Shown: piece after piece, positions 27,237 to 36,156 of the stretch
How positions within the stretch are numbered: position 1 is the first letter of the stretch
How the letters are laid out: each line of letters starts with the position of its first letter
Origin: Acidimicrobiia bacterium
Lineage (GTDB): Bacteria; Actinomycetota; Acidimicrobiia; Spongiisociales; ZC4RG35
DNA: 64,000 bases
Reading direction: 5' to 3'
NCBI GenBank assembly: GCA_040902845.1
Contig: JBBDWM010000034.1
Span: forward strand, 213,642 to 277,641
Translations under genes and position numbers: made by a program
Notes under the pieces: generated by a model
Seen by the model: only the letters and a program-made list of their open reading frames with translations
What the model was told of the DNA's origin: nothing
Databases searched by the model: none

Positions 27237-29950
27237 TGCTGATGAGCCGGGTCCGGGGTCTCCGGATCGATCCCGTAACGGGTGAATGCATCCTGGACCG
27301 CGGTGCGGGGGACTAGGCCGTCAATGGACAGGGCCCACAGTGTGGCCGCGACGATGCTGCCGGTGTCGATCTCGAAGAACTTGCGCAGGGCCTGTCTCGA
27401 GTCCGAGCGCCCGAACCCGTCGGTTCCCAGCGTCACAAACCGGGACGGCACCCATTGGGCAACCTGGTCCGGGACCAGTTTCATGAAGTCGGTGACTGCG
27501 ATCACGGGTCCATTGACGGTGGCGAGACGTCTGGTGACCAGGGGAACGCGTGGGGCTTCGGTGGGGTGGAGCCGATTCCATCTCTCGACTCCCAGGGCCT
27601 CCTCGCGCAGCTTCTTGTAGGAAGTCGCCGACCATAATTCGGCTGCCACGTCGTAATGCTCGGCCAACTCCTGGGACGCCTCTCGTGCCGCCAGGTTGGC
27701 CGAACCAGAGAAGAGGATGGCAGTCCGTGGCCCCGAGGCGGCGGGGGCCTCCTGCCATCGGTACAGCCCCTCGATGATGCCCTCGGTCACCCCTTCGGGA
27801 CGAGGTGGCTGGACATAGTTCTCGTTGTAGAGGGTCAGGTAATAGAAGCGGTCCTCGCCGGCTCCGTACATCCGCTGTAGCCCGTGCTCGATGATCGTTC
27901 CCACCTCGTAGGCGAAGGCGGGGTCATAGGCCTCACAAACCGGCACGGTGGTGGCGAGGATCAGGCTGTGACCGTCCTGGTGCTGAAGCCCTTCACCCTG
28001 AAGGGTGGTTCTCCCCGCGGTGGCTCCGAGCAGGAACCCGCGTGCTCGCGAATCCGCCGCCGACCAGATCAGGTCGCCGACCCGCTGGAAGCCGAACATC
28101 GAATAGAAGATGAAGAACGGGACCATCGGCAGGCCACGTGTCGAATACGAGGTGGCGGCTGCGATCCAGGAGGCGACCGAGCCCGCTTCGGTGATCCCCT
28201 CTTCCAGGATCTGGCCGTCCTGGGCCTCGGCATAGGAGAGGATCATCGAGGCGTCAACCGACTCATAGAGCTGGCCGTGCGAGGCGTAGATCTTGAGCTC
28301 CCTGAAGAGGGAGTCCATTCCAAAGGTCCTGGCCTCGTCGGGGACGATGGGCACAATCCGCTCGCCAAAGCCCTCGACACGGGACAGGTTGCGAAGGAGG
28401 CGGGTGAAAGCGGTGGTGGTCGAGGCCTCGATCTTCCCCGAGCCGGAGTGGATCTCGGCGTAGGCTTCGGGGATCGGAAGTTGCAGCTCGACATCGGGCA
28501 CCACCCTCCTCGGAAGCATCCCGCCCAGCTCCTGACGTCGCTGCTGGAGGTACTCGTATTCGGGGGTCCCGGGTCCCGGGCGGAAATACGGCGGTTCGCT
28601 CTCACCCTCCAGTGACTCGGCCGGTATCTCCTTGTCCAGATGGAGTGTCTCCCGGAGAGCCATCAGTTGCTGATTGGTGAGGGTCTTGATCTGGTGAGTG
28701 GCGTTTCGGCCCTCCACGTCCGGGCCCAGCGTCCATCCTTTGATGGTCTTGGCCAGGATCACCGTTGGCTTGCCGTTCCTCAGCTCGGTGGCCACCTTGT
28801 AGGCGGCATAGACCTTGCGATTGTCGAGACCTCCGCGTCGCAATGCCCAGATCTCGTCGTCGGTCATGTCGGCGACCATGGCCTTGGTCCGGGGGTCCTT
28901 CCCGAAGAAGTGGTCTCGGACATAAGCCCCGTCCTCGGCTTTGTACCGCTGGTACTCACCGTCCACGGTGCTGCTCATCACACCGATCAGGGCACCGTCT
29001 TTGTCATTCGCCAGAAGCCGGTCCCACCCAGTGCCCCAGATCACCTTGATCACGTTCCAGCCGGCGCCGCGGAACACCGCCTCGAGCTCGCTGATGATCT
29101 GGCTGTTGCCACGGACCGGCCCATCGAGACGTTGCAGGTTGCAGTTGATGACCCAGGTGAGGTTGTCCAGGCCTTCCCGGGTCGCCAGCGAGATAGCTCC
29201 CAGCGTCTCGGGCTCGTCGGTCTCCCCGTCACCGATGAAGCACCAGATGCGCGACTGGGAGGTGTCGTCCAGCCCTCGGTTCTCCAGGTACTTGTTGAAC
29301 CGGGCTTGATAGATCGAGTTGATCGGCCCGATCCCCATCGACACTGTCGGGTATTCCCAGAACTCCGGCATGAGCCGGGGATGGGGGTAAGAGGAAAGCC
29401 CGTGTCCACCGATCTCGAAACGAAAGTTGTCCAGGTGCTTCTCGTCGAAGCGGCCTTCGAGGAATGCCCTGGCGTAGATCCCCGGTGCCGCGTGCCCCTG
29501 CATGTACACGTGGTCGCCGCCTCCGGGGGCGTTCCGGCCCTTGAAGAAATGGTTGAACCCGATCTCGTAGAGGGTCGCCGATGAGGCAAAAGTGGAGAGG
29601 TGGCCCCCTATGCCCTTCTCGCGGTGGTTCGCCTTGATCACCATGACGGCTGCGTTCCATCGGATGAAACGGCGGATTCGGCGCTCGATATCCTCGTCGC
29701 CGGGGAACTCGGGCTCGTTCTCGGCCGAGATGGTGTTGACATATGGGGTGGTCACCGATCCCGGCACCCCGATGCTCGTCTCGTGGGCCCGCTCGAGCAG
29801 CTTGGCCATCAGGAATCTGGCGCGGTCCGGGCCCTGCTCGTTGACCACGGCATCGAAGGAATCGACCCACTCCTGGGTCTCCGTTGGGTCGGTGTCCGGC
29901 AGCTGATGGATGAATTCGTCTCCGAGGATCAGCCCGTGGTCGCCTGACAT
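27233..29950 (-). CDS. aceE: Pyruvate dehydrogenase E1 component, homodimeric type
   Basis: 905 aa. N-terminal DTDPTETQEWVDS, GGH..TF.S, and ThDP motif GDGETDEPE...NCNLQRLDGPV. Confidence 0.95.
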   Translation of the reverse strand: MSGDHGLILGDEFIHQLPDTDPTETQEWVDSFDAVVNEQGPDRARFLMAKLLERAHETSIGVPGSVTTPYVNTISAENEPEFPGDEDIERRIRRFIRWNAAVMVIKANHREKGIGGHLSTFASSATLYEIGFNHFFKGRNAPGGGDHVYMQGHAAPGIYARAFLEGRFDEKHLDNFRFEIGGHGLSSYPHPRLMPEFWEYPTVSMGIGPINSIYQARFNKYLENRGLDDTSQSRIWCFIGDGETDEPETLGAISLATREGLDNLTWVINCNLQRLDGPVRGNSQIISELEAVFRGAGWNVIKVIWGTGWDRLLANDKDGALIGVMSSTVDGEYQRYKAEDGAYVRDHFFGKDPRTKAMVADMTDDEIWALRRGGLDNRKVYAAYKVATELRNGKPTVILAKTIKGWTLGPDVEGRNATHQIKTLTNQQLMALRETLHLDKEIPAESLEGESEPPYFRPGPGTPEYEYLQQRRQELGGMLPRRVVPDVELQLPIPEAYAEIHSGSGKIEASTTTAFTRLLRNLSRVEGFGERIVPIVPDEARTFGMDSLFRELKIYASHGQLYESVDASMILSYAEAQDGQILEEGITEAGSVASWIAAATSYSTRGLPMVPFFIFYSMFGFQRVGDLIWSAADSRARGFLLGATAGRTTLQGEGLQHQDGHSLILATTVPVCEAYDPAFAYEVGTIIEHGLQRMYGAGEDRFYYLTLYNENYVQPPRPEGVTEGIIEGLYRWQEAPAASGPRTAILFSGSANLAAREASQELAEHYDVAAELWSATSYKKLREEALGVERWNRLHPTEAPRVPLVTRRLATVNGPVIAVTDFMKLVPDQVAQWVPSRFVTLGTDGFGRSDSRQALRKFFEIDTGSIVAATLWALSIDGLVPRTAVQDAFTRYGIDPETPDPAHQH

Positions 29951-29992
29951 CTCCTGAATCCTAGTTAGGCGTGGGTTGACCGCTTCTGGGGG

Positions 29993-30877
29993 TCAGGCAC
30001 CGACTGCCTGTGCTCCGATCTGGCTCAGCCAAGGCTCCACCTCGGCGAGAAACCGCAGCGGGGCGTCCATCTGCGGCGTGTGACCGGTGTCCGGCATCTG
30101 CACCAGTTTCCAGTCCGGTCGCAGACTGCAAATCCGTTCGACTGCGGTCGGTGACACTATGTGATCGGAGAGGCCTTGCACCACGAGTGTCGGGGCCGCG
30201 ATCGCCCGGATCATTCGGATGTACTCCGCACGGGTGGCATAGAAAGCCGCGATGGAGGTGGCGGTGCGAGCGGTGGCTTGGACCGACCACGGAAGCTCCT
30301 TTCGGATGCGAGCCATGTCGATAGATGCCTCGATGACCTCCAGGGGCACCCGTCCCCGGCGATGGGTGATCATCTCCATGCTGAGGCGGACGAGTTCCTC
30401 GGGTGTGTGGCGGTTGATGAAACGACGGCCCCAGACTGTCCCCAAACCAGGTGTCGCCTGGATGGCAAGACGGATCGCCATTGCCCAGTCGAGCCTTGGA
30501 TCGGGGAGAACCGGTGGGGTGGCCGGAGCTACCAGCACGAGTCTGTCAACGAGGTCGGGTCGATGTGCCGCCACCATCTGGGACAGAAGGCCTCCTGTGG
30601 AGTTGCCTATCAGGGTGGCAGGGGCACCCTCCATCTCGATGAAGTTCTCGATCGCTTCGCGATGGGTCTCGAGGCGATAGTCACGTGCCGGTGGGGAGAG
30701 GCCGAATCCGGGAAGGTCGATTGCGAGCACTCTTCCATGTCTGGCAAGGCCGTCTGCCACGGCGATCCAATTGGTCGTAGAACCGCCCAGCCCGTGCACC
30801 AGCACCATCGGTTCCCCGTTCCCGCCAAAGTCCACTCGGTGGAGAGGGCCAGTCACCGCGGTCACATACTCTCCCAT
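29993..30877 (-). CDS. Alpha/beta-fold hydrolase
   Basis: HGLGGS oxyanion region, nucleophile elbow GNSTGG, C-terminal His (DTGHTPQ). Confidence 0.85.
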   Translation of the reverse strand: MGEYVTAVTGPLHRVDFGGNGEPMVLVHGLGGSTTNWIAVADGLARHGRVLAIDLPGFGLSPPARDYRLETHREAIENFIEMEGAPATLIGNSTGGLLSQMVAAHRPDLVDRLVLVAPATPPVLPDPRLDWAMAIRLAIQATPGLGTVWGRRFINRHTPEELVRLSMEMITHRRGRVPLEVIEASIDMARIRKELPWSVQATARTATSIAAFYATRAEYIRMIRAIAAPTLVVQGLSDHIVSPTAVERICSLRPDWKLVQMPDTGHTPQMDAPLRFLAEVEPWLSQIGAQAVGA

Positions 30878-30917
30878 AGGGAAAGGCTACCGATTGGCGG
30901 TCCTTAGACTCCGATCG

Positions 30918-32321
30918 GTGCGTCTTCTCCTCGTCTCAACGTACGAACTGGGTCATCAACCAATCCACCTTGCAGTTCCGGCCGCCGGGCTTTCTGCCGC
31001 CGGGATCGAAGTTCACACCCTGGACCTATCGGTGGGGCGGTTGGATGAGGGTTTTCTCGAGGGTATGGACGCTGTCGCCTTCTCGGTGCCGATGCACACC
31101 GCGATGCGGCTGGCAACCGATCTCGCCCTGAGGATCCGGGAGGCCCGGCCCGGGATGCCGATTGCCTTCTATGGCCTCTATGCAGCCGTTGGCCGCGAAT
31201 GGACGGTGGGCAAGGTGGCCGATCTGGTGATCGCCGGCGAGTACATCGCCGAACTCGTCGCTTGGGCCACGGCTATCGCCGAGGGCCGCGAGTCACGTCG
31301 CGGGGTTGTCGTCGGCCTGGACCGGTCGGCTGGAGTCACGCCGGATCGCAGGTCCCTCCCGAGCCACGAAGGCTATGCCCGTCTCGAATGGGAGGGTGAG
31401 TCGCGTTTGGCAGCGGCGGTCGAGGCCTCTCACGGTTGCCGTCACCGTTGTCGTCATTGCCCGATCCCGGCGGTTTATGACGGAAGGATCCGGGTTGTCG
31501 GCCTGGAGCCGGTGCTGGCAGACATCGAGCAGTTGGTCGCCGCCGGTGTCCAACACGTGACCTTCGCCGATCCCGATTTCATGAATGCCCCTCGATACAG
31601 CGGGGACATCCTGCGTGCGGCCCACGCCGCTTTCCCCGGCTTGACCTTCGACGTGACGGTCAAGGTGGAGCACATCCTGGCCCATCGCGCTCTGTGGCCC
31701 GACCTGGCCGATTTGGGTTTGCTATTCGTAGTCAGCGCTTTCGAGAGCGTCGACGAGCAGACTCTCCAGATCCTCGACAAGAACCACACTGTGGATGACA
31801 TGGGTGGGACGGTCCAGGTCCTCCGCGAGGCCGGGATCCATGTCCGGCCCACTTGGCTGCCTTTCCTCCCCTGGACTCGGCCAGACGATCTGGTTCGGCT
31901 GGTGAGATTCATCGATCTCCACGAGCTGTGGTCCGCCACGGACCCGGTGCAACTGGCCATCAAGCTTCTAATCCCCGAGGGCTCTCTCCTCGAGGAGCAC
32001 CCCGCGGTCACTCCTTTCCTCTTGCGGTACGAGCCGTCGGCTCTCACCTGGTCCTGGGAGTTCGAGCACGCCACCACCGAGCTTCTCCACAAGCACCTGG
32101 ATGTGATCGCCGCCGAGGCATCCGACGGCGGAACCGATGTTGTCGAGACCCTGGCCGCGATGCGTGAGGCTGTCGGTCGGGAAACCGGTGTCGACCTCGG
32201 GCGGATGCACGGGCTGGGGCCACCGACTCCCCAGCTCACCGAGAGTTGGTTTTGTTGTGCGGAGCCCACCGCGGGTCAGGCAACCGCGGTCCAGCTGAGC
32301 ATCGGTAGGGTTTTCGGCTAA
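30918..32321 (+). CDS. B12-binding-domain radical SAM enzyme with CCAEP C-terminal tail
   Basis: GTG 30918 (VRLLLVSTYELGHQP..., B12-binding-like N-domain). CxxxCxxC cluster motif SHGCRHRCRHCPIP. C-terminal WFCCAEPT about 25 residues from the end. Confidence 0.8.
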   Translation: MRLLLVSTYELGHQPIHLAVPAAGLSAAGIEVHTLDLSVGRLDEGFLEGMDAVAFSVPMHTAMRLATDLALRIREARPGMPIAFYGLYAAVGREWTVGKVADLVIAGEYIAELVAWATAIAEGRESRRGVVVGLDRSAGVTPDRRSLPSHEGYARLEWEGESRLAAAVEASHGCRHRCRHCPIPAVYDGRIRVVGLEPVLADIEQLVAAGVQHVTFADPDFMNAPRYSGDILRAAHAAFPGLTFDVTVKVEHILAHRALWPDLADLGLLFVVSAFESVDEQTLQILDKNHTVDDMGGTVQVLREAGIHVRPTWLPFLPWTRPDDLVRLVRFIDLHELWSATDPVQLAIKLLIPEGSLLEEHPAVTPFLLRYEPSALTWSWEFEHATTELLHKHLDVIAAEASDGGTDVVETLAAMREAVGRETGVDLGRMHGLGPPTPQLTESWFCCAEPTAGQATAVQLSIGRVFG

Positions 32322-32341
32322 GCGACTACAGGGCAGGGATT

Positions 32342-33280
32342 TTGGCCACCGTTCTTTCCGCAACCGGCATGGTGAAGCGTTTCGGGGATCTGACCGCCGT
32401 CGGTGGCGTTGGTTTCTCGATCGAGGAAGGCGAGACGTTCGGTCTCCTCGGCCCCAACGGGGCGGGCAAGACGACTTCGATTTCGATGATTGCCGGACTT
32501 CTCGAGCCCGACGCTGGAGAGATCGTCGTGGCCGGGACCGCGATCTCCCCGTCGTCGATCGCCGGGAAGGGGGCCATCGGGCTGGTCCCTCAGGATCTGG
32601 CCATCTATCCCGACCTCACCGCTACCGAAAACCTCACGTTTTTCGGCCGTCTCTACGGCATGAAAGGCGATGAGTTGTCGAAGCGAGTCGGCGAGGTCCT
32701 CGAGGTGATCGGTCTCACCGATCGAAAGGACGATCTCACCAAGGAGTTCTCGGGTGGGATGAAGCGGCGTCTCAACATTGGCATCGGTCTCCTTCATCGC
32801 CCCAAGCTCCTAATCCTCGACGAGCCCACGGTGGGTGTCGATCCCCAGTCCCGGAACTCGATCCTCGAGTCGGTGGAGAGTCTTTCCGCCGAGGGGATGG
32901 CCGTGCTCTACACCACCCACTACATGGAAGAAGCGGAGCGTCTCTGTGACCGGGTGGCGATCATCGACGAGGGCACCTTCAAGGCGGAAGGAACCCGACG
33001 TGAGTTGGTTTCAATGGTCGGCGGAAGGGACCGGATCACCATCGCCGCCACCGGGGATTCCTCCCAGGCCACCCAGGTCGCCCGGGCGATGTCTGGTGTG
33101 TTCGAGGCCAGCCAGTCAGATCATGGGCTGGAGATCTTGGCCGACGAGGCCTCGAGTCTTCTCCCCGAGCTCTTGAGCAGGATCGCGGCCGCCGGTGCCG
33201 TCATCACCGGGGTCGAAGTTGTCGAGCCCAACTTGGAGGCAGTCTTCCTGCACGTCACGGGCAAGGCGCTGCGGGACTAG
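32342..33280 (+). CDS. ABC transporter ATP-binding protein (ABC-2/DrrA type)
   Basis: Walker A GPNGAGKTT, signature SGGMKRRL, Walker B LLILDEPT. Confidence 0.92.
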   Translation: MATVLSATGMVKRFGDLTAVGGVGFSIEEGETFGLLGPNGAGKTTSISMIAGLLEPDAGEIVVAGTAISPSSIAGKGAIGLVPQDLAIYPDLTATENLTFFGRLYGMKGDELSKRVGEVLEVIGLTDRKDDLTKEFSGGMKRRLNIGIGLLHRPKLLILDEPTVGVDPQSRNSILESVESLSAEGMAVLYTTHYMEEAERLCDRVAIIDEGTFKAEGTRRELVSMVGGRDRITIAATGDSSQATQVARAMSGVFEASQSDHGLEILADEASSLLPELLSRIAAAGAVITGVEVVEPNLEAVFLHVTGKALRD

Positions 33281-33282
33281 AC

Positions 33283-34470
33283 GTGGGCCCAGCCACCCGG
33301 ATCGCCACCAAGGACCTCAAGCTTCGGATACGGGACCGTTCGGCATTCATCCTCGGGATCTTCGCCCCGCTGGTCCTGGCCATCATCTTCAAATTCGTGT
33401 TCGGCGGTGCGCTGGGCGCCGACTCCCTGGATCTTCGATTCGGTTTGGTCGATCTCGACGACACCGAGATATCCCAGACTTTTCGTGAGGTCCTCGTCGG
33501 TGCGGAGAGCGACGGGATCCTCACTCTGACCGACTATGAAGATGCCGATAGCGCCGAGGCCGCGGTCGAAGAGGGTGAGATCGACGCCTACTACCTGATC
33601 GATCCCGGGATGGAAGCGGCGGTCCGTGCCGGGGAGGAGTTCGACATTCGGATCGTCGGCGATGTCGATGCCCCCACCTCGACCCAGATCGCCACCTCGT
33701 TCGCGGAGCAGTACGGCGCCGGGGTGGCCGGTGGCCAACTCGCGGTTGGCACTTCAATCGGGCTGCTGGGCGGTCCGCGACCAGGGCCTGCCGAGTTGGA
33801 TGTCTGGGTTGAAGAAGTAAGGGCGCAAAGGCCGTCGTATCTCATCACCGACGTCGCGACCCAAACCCGCCAACTCGACGCCACCACCTATTTCTCCGCC
33901 GGGATGGCGGTCTTCTTCCTCTTCTTCACGGTTCAGTTCGGGGTCATCGGCCTCCTCGAGGAACAACGCGACGGCACCATGGCCCGGTTGATGGCGGCTC
34001 CGATCCGCCGAACCAGCGTCATCACCGCCAAGGCCCTGCTCTCATCATGGCTCGGGATCATCTCTCTCGGGGTCCTCATCCTCGCCACCGATTTCTTGAT
34101 GGGGGCCATCTGGGGGCCACCCCTGGGTGTGATCCTTCTCGTGTTGGCCGGGGTCGTCTCGGCGGTGGCGATCATGGGTTTGGTGGGGAGTGTCGCCAAG
34201 ACTCCAGAGGGGGCGGGGAATCTCGGCGCGATCATCGCCGTCATCCTCGGCATGCTCGGTGGCACCTTCTTCCCCGTTGGTCAGGGTGACGATCTCCTGA
34301 GCAAGCTCACCTATCTCACCCCGCATGCCTGGTTCATGCGGGGGCTGGCGGACATCTCGGGTGGGGCCGAATGGACTGCCGCGTTGCCCGCGGTCGCAGC
34401 CCTCCTCATCTTCGGCTTGGTCCTCGGGAGCATCGGCTGGGTCTTGCTTCGTCGGCGGATCACCGCATGA
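33283..34470 (+). CDS. ABC-2 type transporter permease
   Basis: N-terminal TM, large extracytoplasmic loop, then a C-terminal 5-TM bundle. The start lies 2 nt after the ATPase stop. Confidence 0.8.
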   Translation: MGPATRIATKDLKLRIRDRSAFILGIFAPLVLAIIFKFVFGGALGADSLDLRFGLVDLDDTEISQTFREVLVGAESDGILTLTDYEDADSAEAAVEEGEIDAYYLIDPGMEAAVRAGEEFDIRIVGDVDAPTSTQIATSFAEQYGAGVAGGQLAVGTSIGLLGGPRPGPAELDVWVEEVRAQRPSYLITDVATQTRQLDATTYFSAGMAVFFLFFTVQFGVIGLLEEQRDGTMARLMAAPIRRTSVITAKALLSSWLGIISLGVLILATDFLMGAIWGPPLGVILLVLAGVVSAVAIMGLVGSVAKTPEGAGNLGAIIAVILGMLGGTFFPVGQGDDLLSKLTYLTPHAWFMRGLADISGGAEWTAALPAVAALLIFGLVLGSIGWVLLRRRITA

Positions 34471-35630
34471 AGGTCTTCGCCATTGCCTGGTCCAACGTCC
34501 GAAGGATGCTGCGGGAACGCTCCAATATCTTCTTCGTCTTCATCTTCCCCCTGGCGCTGATCCTTCTCATCGGCGCCCAATTCGGCGGCGGCGTCGATCC
34601 GGTGATCGGCCTCTATCTCGCCGACGACGACCAGCTTGCCGTTGCGATCGGCGAGGAGGTCGAATCGGAGGAAACCCTCGATGTCAGACGGTTCGAGACC
34701 GCCGATGAGCTGACTGCTTCGGTGGAGCGAGGGGGTTCTCAGGCGGGGCTGTTTCTCCCCGCCGGCATGGATCAGCAGGCCGCAGCCGGCGAGCTGGTGG
34801 AGGTGGGCTTCGTTTCCCGCCCCGACGGCTTTGGCCCCCAGATCCAGTCGGTGATCGGTGCCGCTGTGTCCAGGGTGATGACACCGGTGACTGCGGCCCA
34901 GTTTGCATCAGGGAAGACCGGAGCCCCATTTGACGAGGCACTGGAGGTGACGATTGCTCAGGAGGCGTCCGCTCCCGGATTGGGCAGCGAGGTGACCGCA
35001 ATTGGTGAGGCCTTGTTCCCGCCGACCCTGGGCCGCTTCGACCTGGGGGCTTCCTCGCAGCTCGTCCTCTTTGTGTTCCTCACCGCATTGGCTGGCTCGG
35101 CGTCGTTGATCCTGAGCCGCCAACTTGGGATATCCCGACGCATGCTGTCCACCCCGACCTCAACCGGGACCATCGTGATGGGCGAAGCCACAGGGCGGTG
35201 GTCGGTTTCCATGGTCCAAGGCCTCTACATAATCCTGGCCACCTTCCTGATCTTCCGTGTCGATTGGGGCGACCCGCTGGGAGCCTTGCTGATCCTGATC
35301 ACTTTTTCTGCCGTGGGCGCCGGGGCAGGGATGCTGATGGGGGCGGTCTTCAGCAACGATGCCCAGGCGAGCGGGATCGGCATTGTTCTCAGCCTGGGTC
35401 TGGCCGCTCTTGGCGGCTGCATGTTGCCCGTCGAACTGTTCTCACCGACGATGCAAAAGGTGGCTCACATCACACCTCATGCCTGGGCCCTCGATGGCTT
35501 CGCCGAACTGGTGCGGAGAAATGGGACGGTGGTGGACATCCTCCCCGAGTTGGGGGTTCTCACCGCCTATGCCGCGGTCCTGCTGGTGTTGGCGGCATGG
35601 CGCCTTCGCATCGCCCTCACCCGGCCTTGA
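34467..35630 (+). CDS. ABC-2 type transporter permease (second subunit)
   Basis: ATG 34467 overlaps the previous stop (ATGA). Same topology as the first permease. HITPHAWALDGF mirrors YLTPHAWFMRGL in the paralog. Confidence 0.8.
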   Translation: MKVFAIAWSNVRRMLRERSNIFFVFIFPLALILLIGAQFGGGVDPVIGLYLADDDQLAVAIGEEVESEETLDVRRFETADELTASVERGGSQAGLFLPAGMDQQAAAGELVEVGFVSRPDGFGPQIQSVIGAAVSRVMTPVTAAQFASGKTGAPFDEALEVTIAQEASAPGLGSEVTAIGEALFPPTLGRFDLGASSQLVLFVFLTALAGSASLILSRQLGISRRMLSTPTSTGTIVMGEATGRWSVSMVQGLYIILATFLIFRVDWGDPLGALLILITFSAVGAGAGMLMGAVFSNDAQASGIGIVLSLGLAALGGCMLPVELFSPTMQKVAHITPHAWALDGFAELVRRNGTVVDILPELGVLTAYAAVLLVLAAWRLRIALTRP

Positions 35631-35638
35631 ATGTTTGA

Positions 35639-36148
35639 ATGAGCATCATGGCCGAAAGTGATCAGAGCCCCACTGCCACTCTGGGGAGGGTCACGTCATG
35701 GATCGGGTACCTCTGGTTCCTGTTCGCAGTGCTCTGGGGGATGGGCGCCATCCAAGCCCTCGGGGTTACCGGGTCAGTCGCCTCATTTGTCGGAAGAACT
35801 GTGTTACCCGCCATCGTCCTGATCGGCGTGGGACGGGTGCTTCGGAAACGGGCTCGGGTCGATGAGGACGTCATCGTTCCCGACACTTCCTCCGAACCAC
35901 TCCGCACTCCACCGGTCCTGCCTCGGCCCGACCCCACCCCTTTGGTGGTCCGCCCGGTTCCAAAACCACCACCCCGACCCGCTGCCCCGCCCAAGAAGTT
36001 GGTCGACGAGCCGGTTGGAGTCGTCACCGAGACAGAATCGGGTGATGAGACTTCACCGGTCCGTGAGTTGGAATCACCCTCGGGACGTCACAAGACCTCA
36101 CAAGAGATGATCGAGGAAGCCCGTCAGCGTTGGGGAACCCGGCCCTGA
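35639..36148 (+). CDS. Membrane protein with proline-rich linker, unknown function
   Basis: 169 aa. Two N-terminal TM helices, then a PxP-rich tract (PPVLPRPDPTPLVVRPVPKPPPRPAAPPKK). No family recognised. Confidence 0.5.
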   Translation: MSIMAESDQSPTATLGRVTSWIGYLWFLFAVLWGMGAIQALGVTGSVASFVGRTVLPAIVLIGVGRVLRKRARVDEDVIVPDTSSEPLRTPPVLPRPDPTPLVVRPVPKPPPRPAAPPKKLVDEPVGVVTETESGDETSPVRELESPSGRHKTSQEMIEEARQRWGTRP

Positions 36149-36156
36149 CGCTGGAA

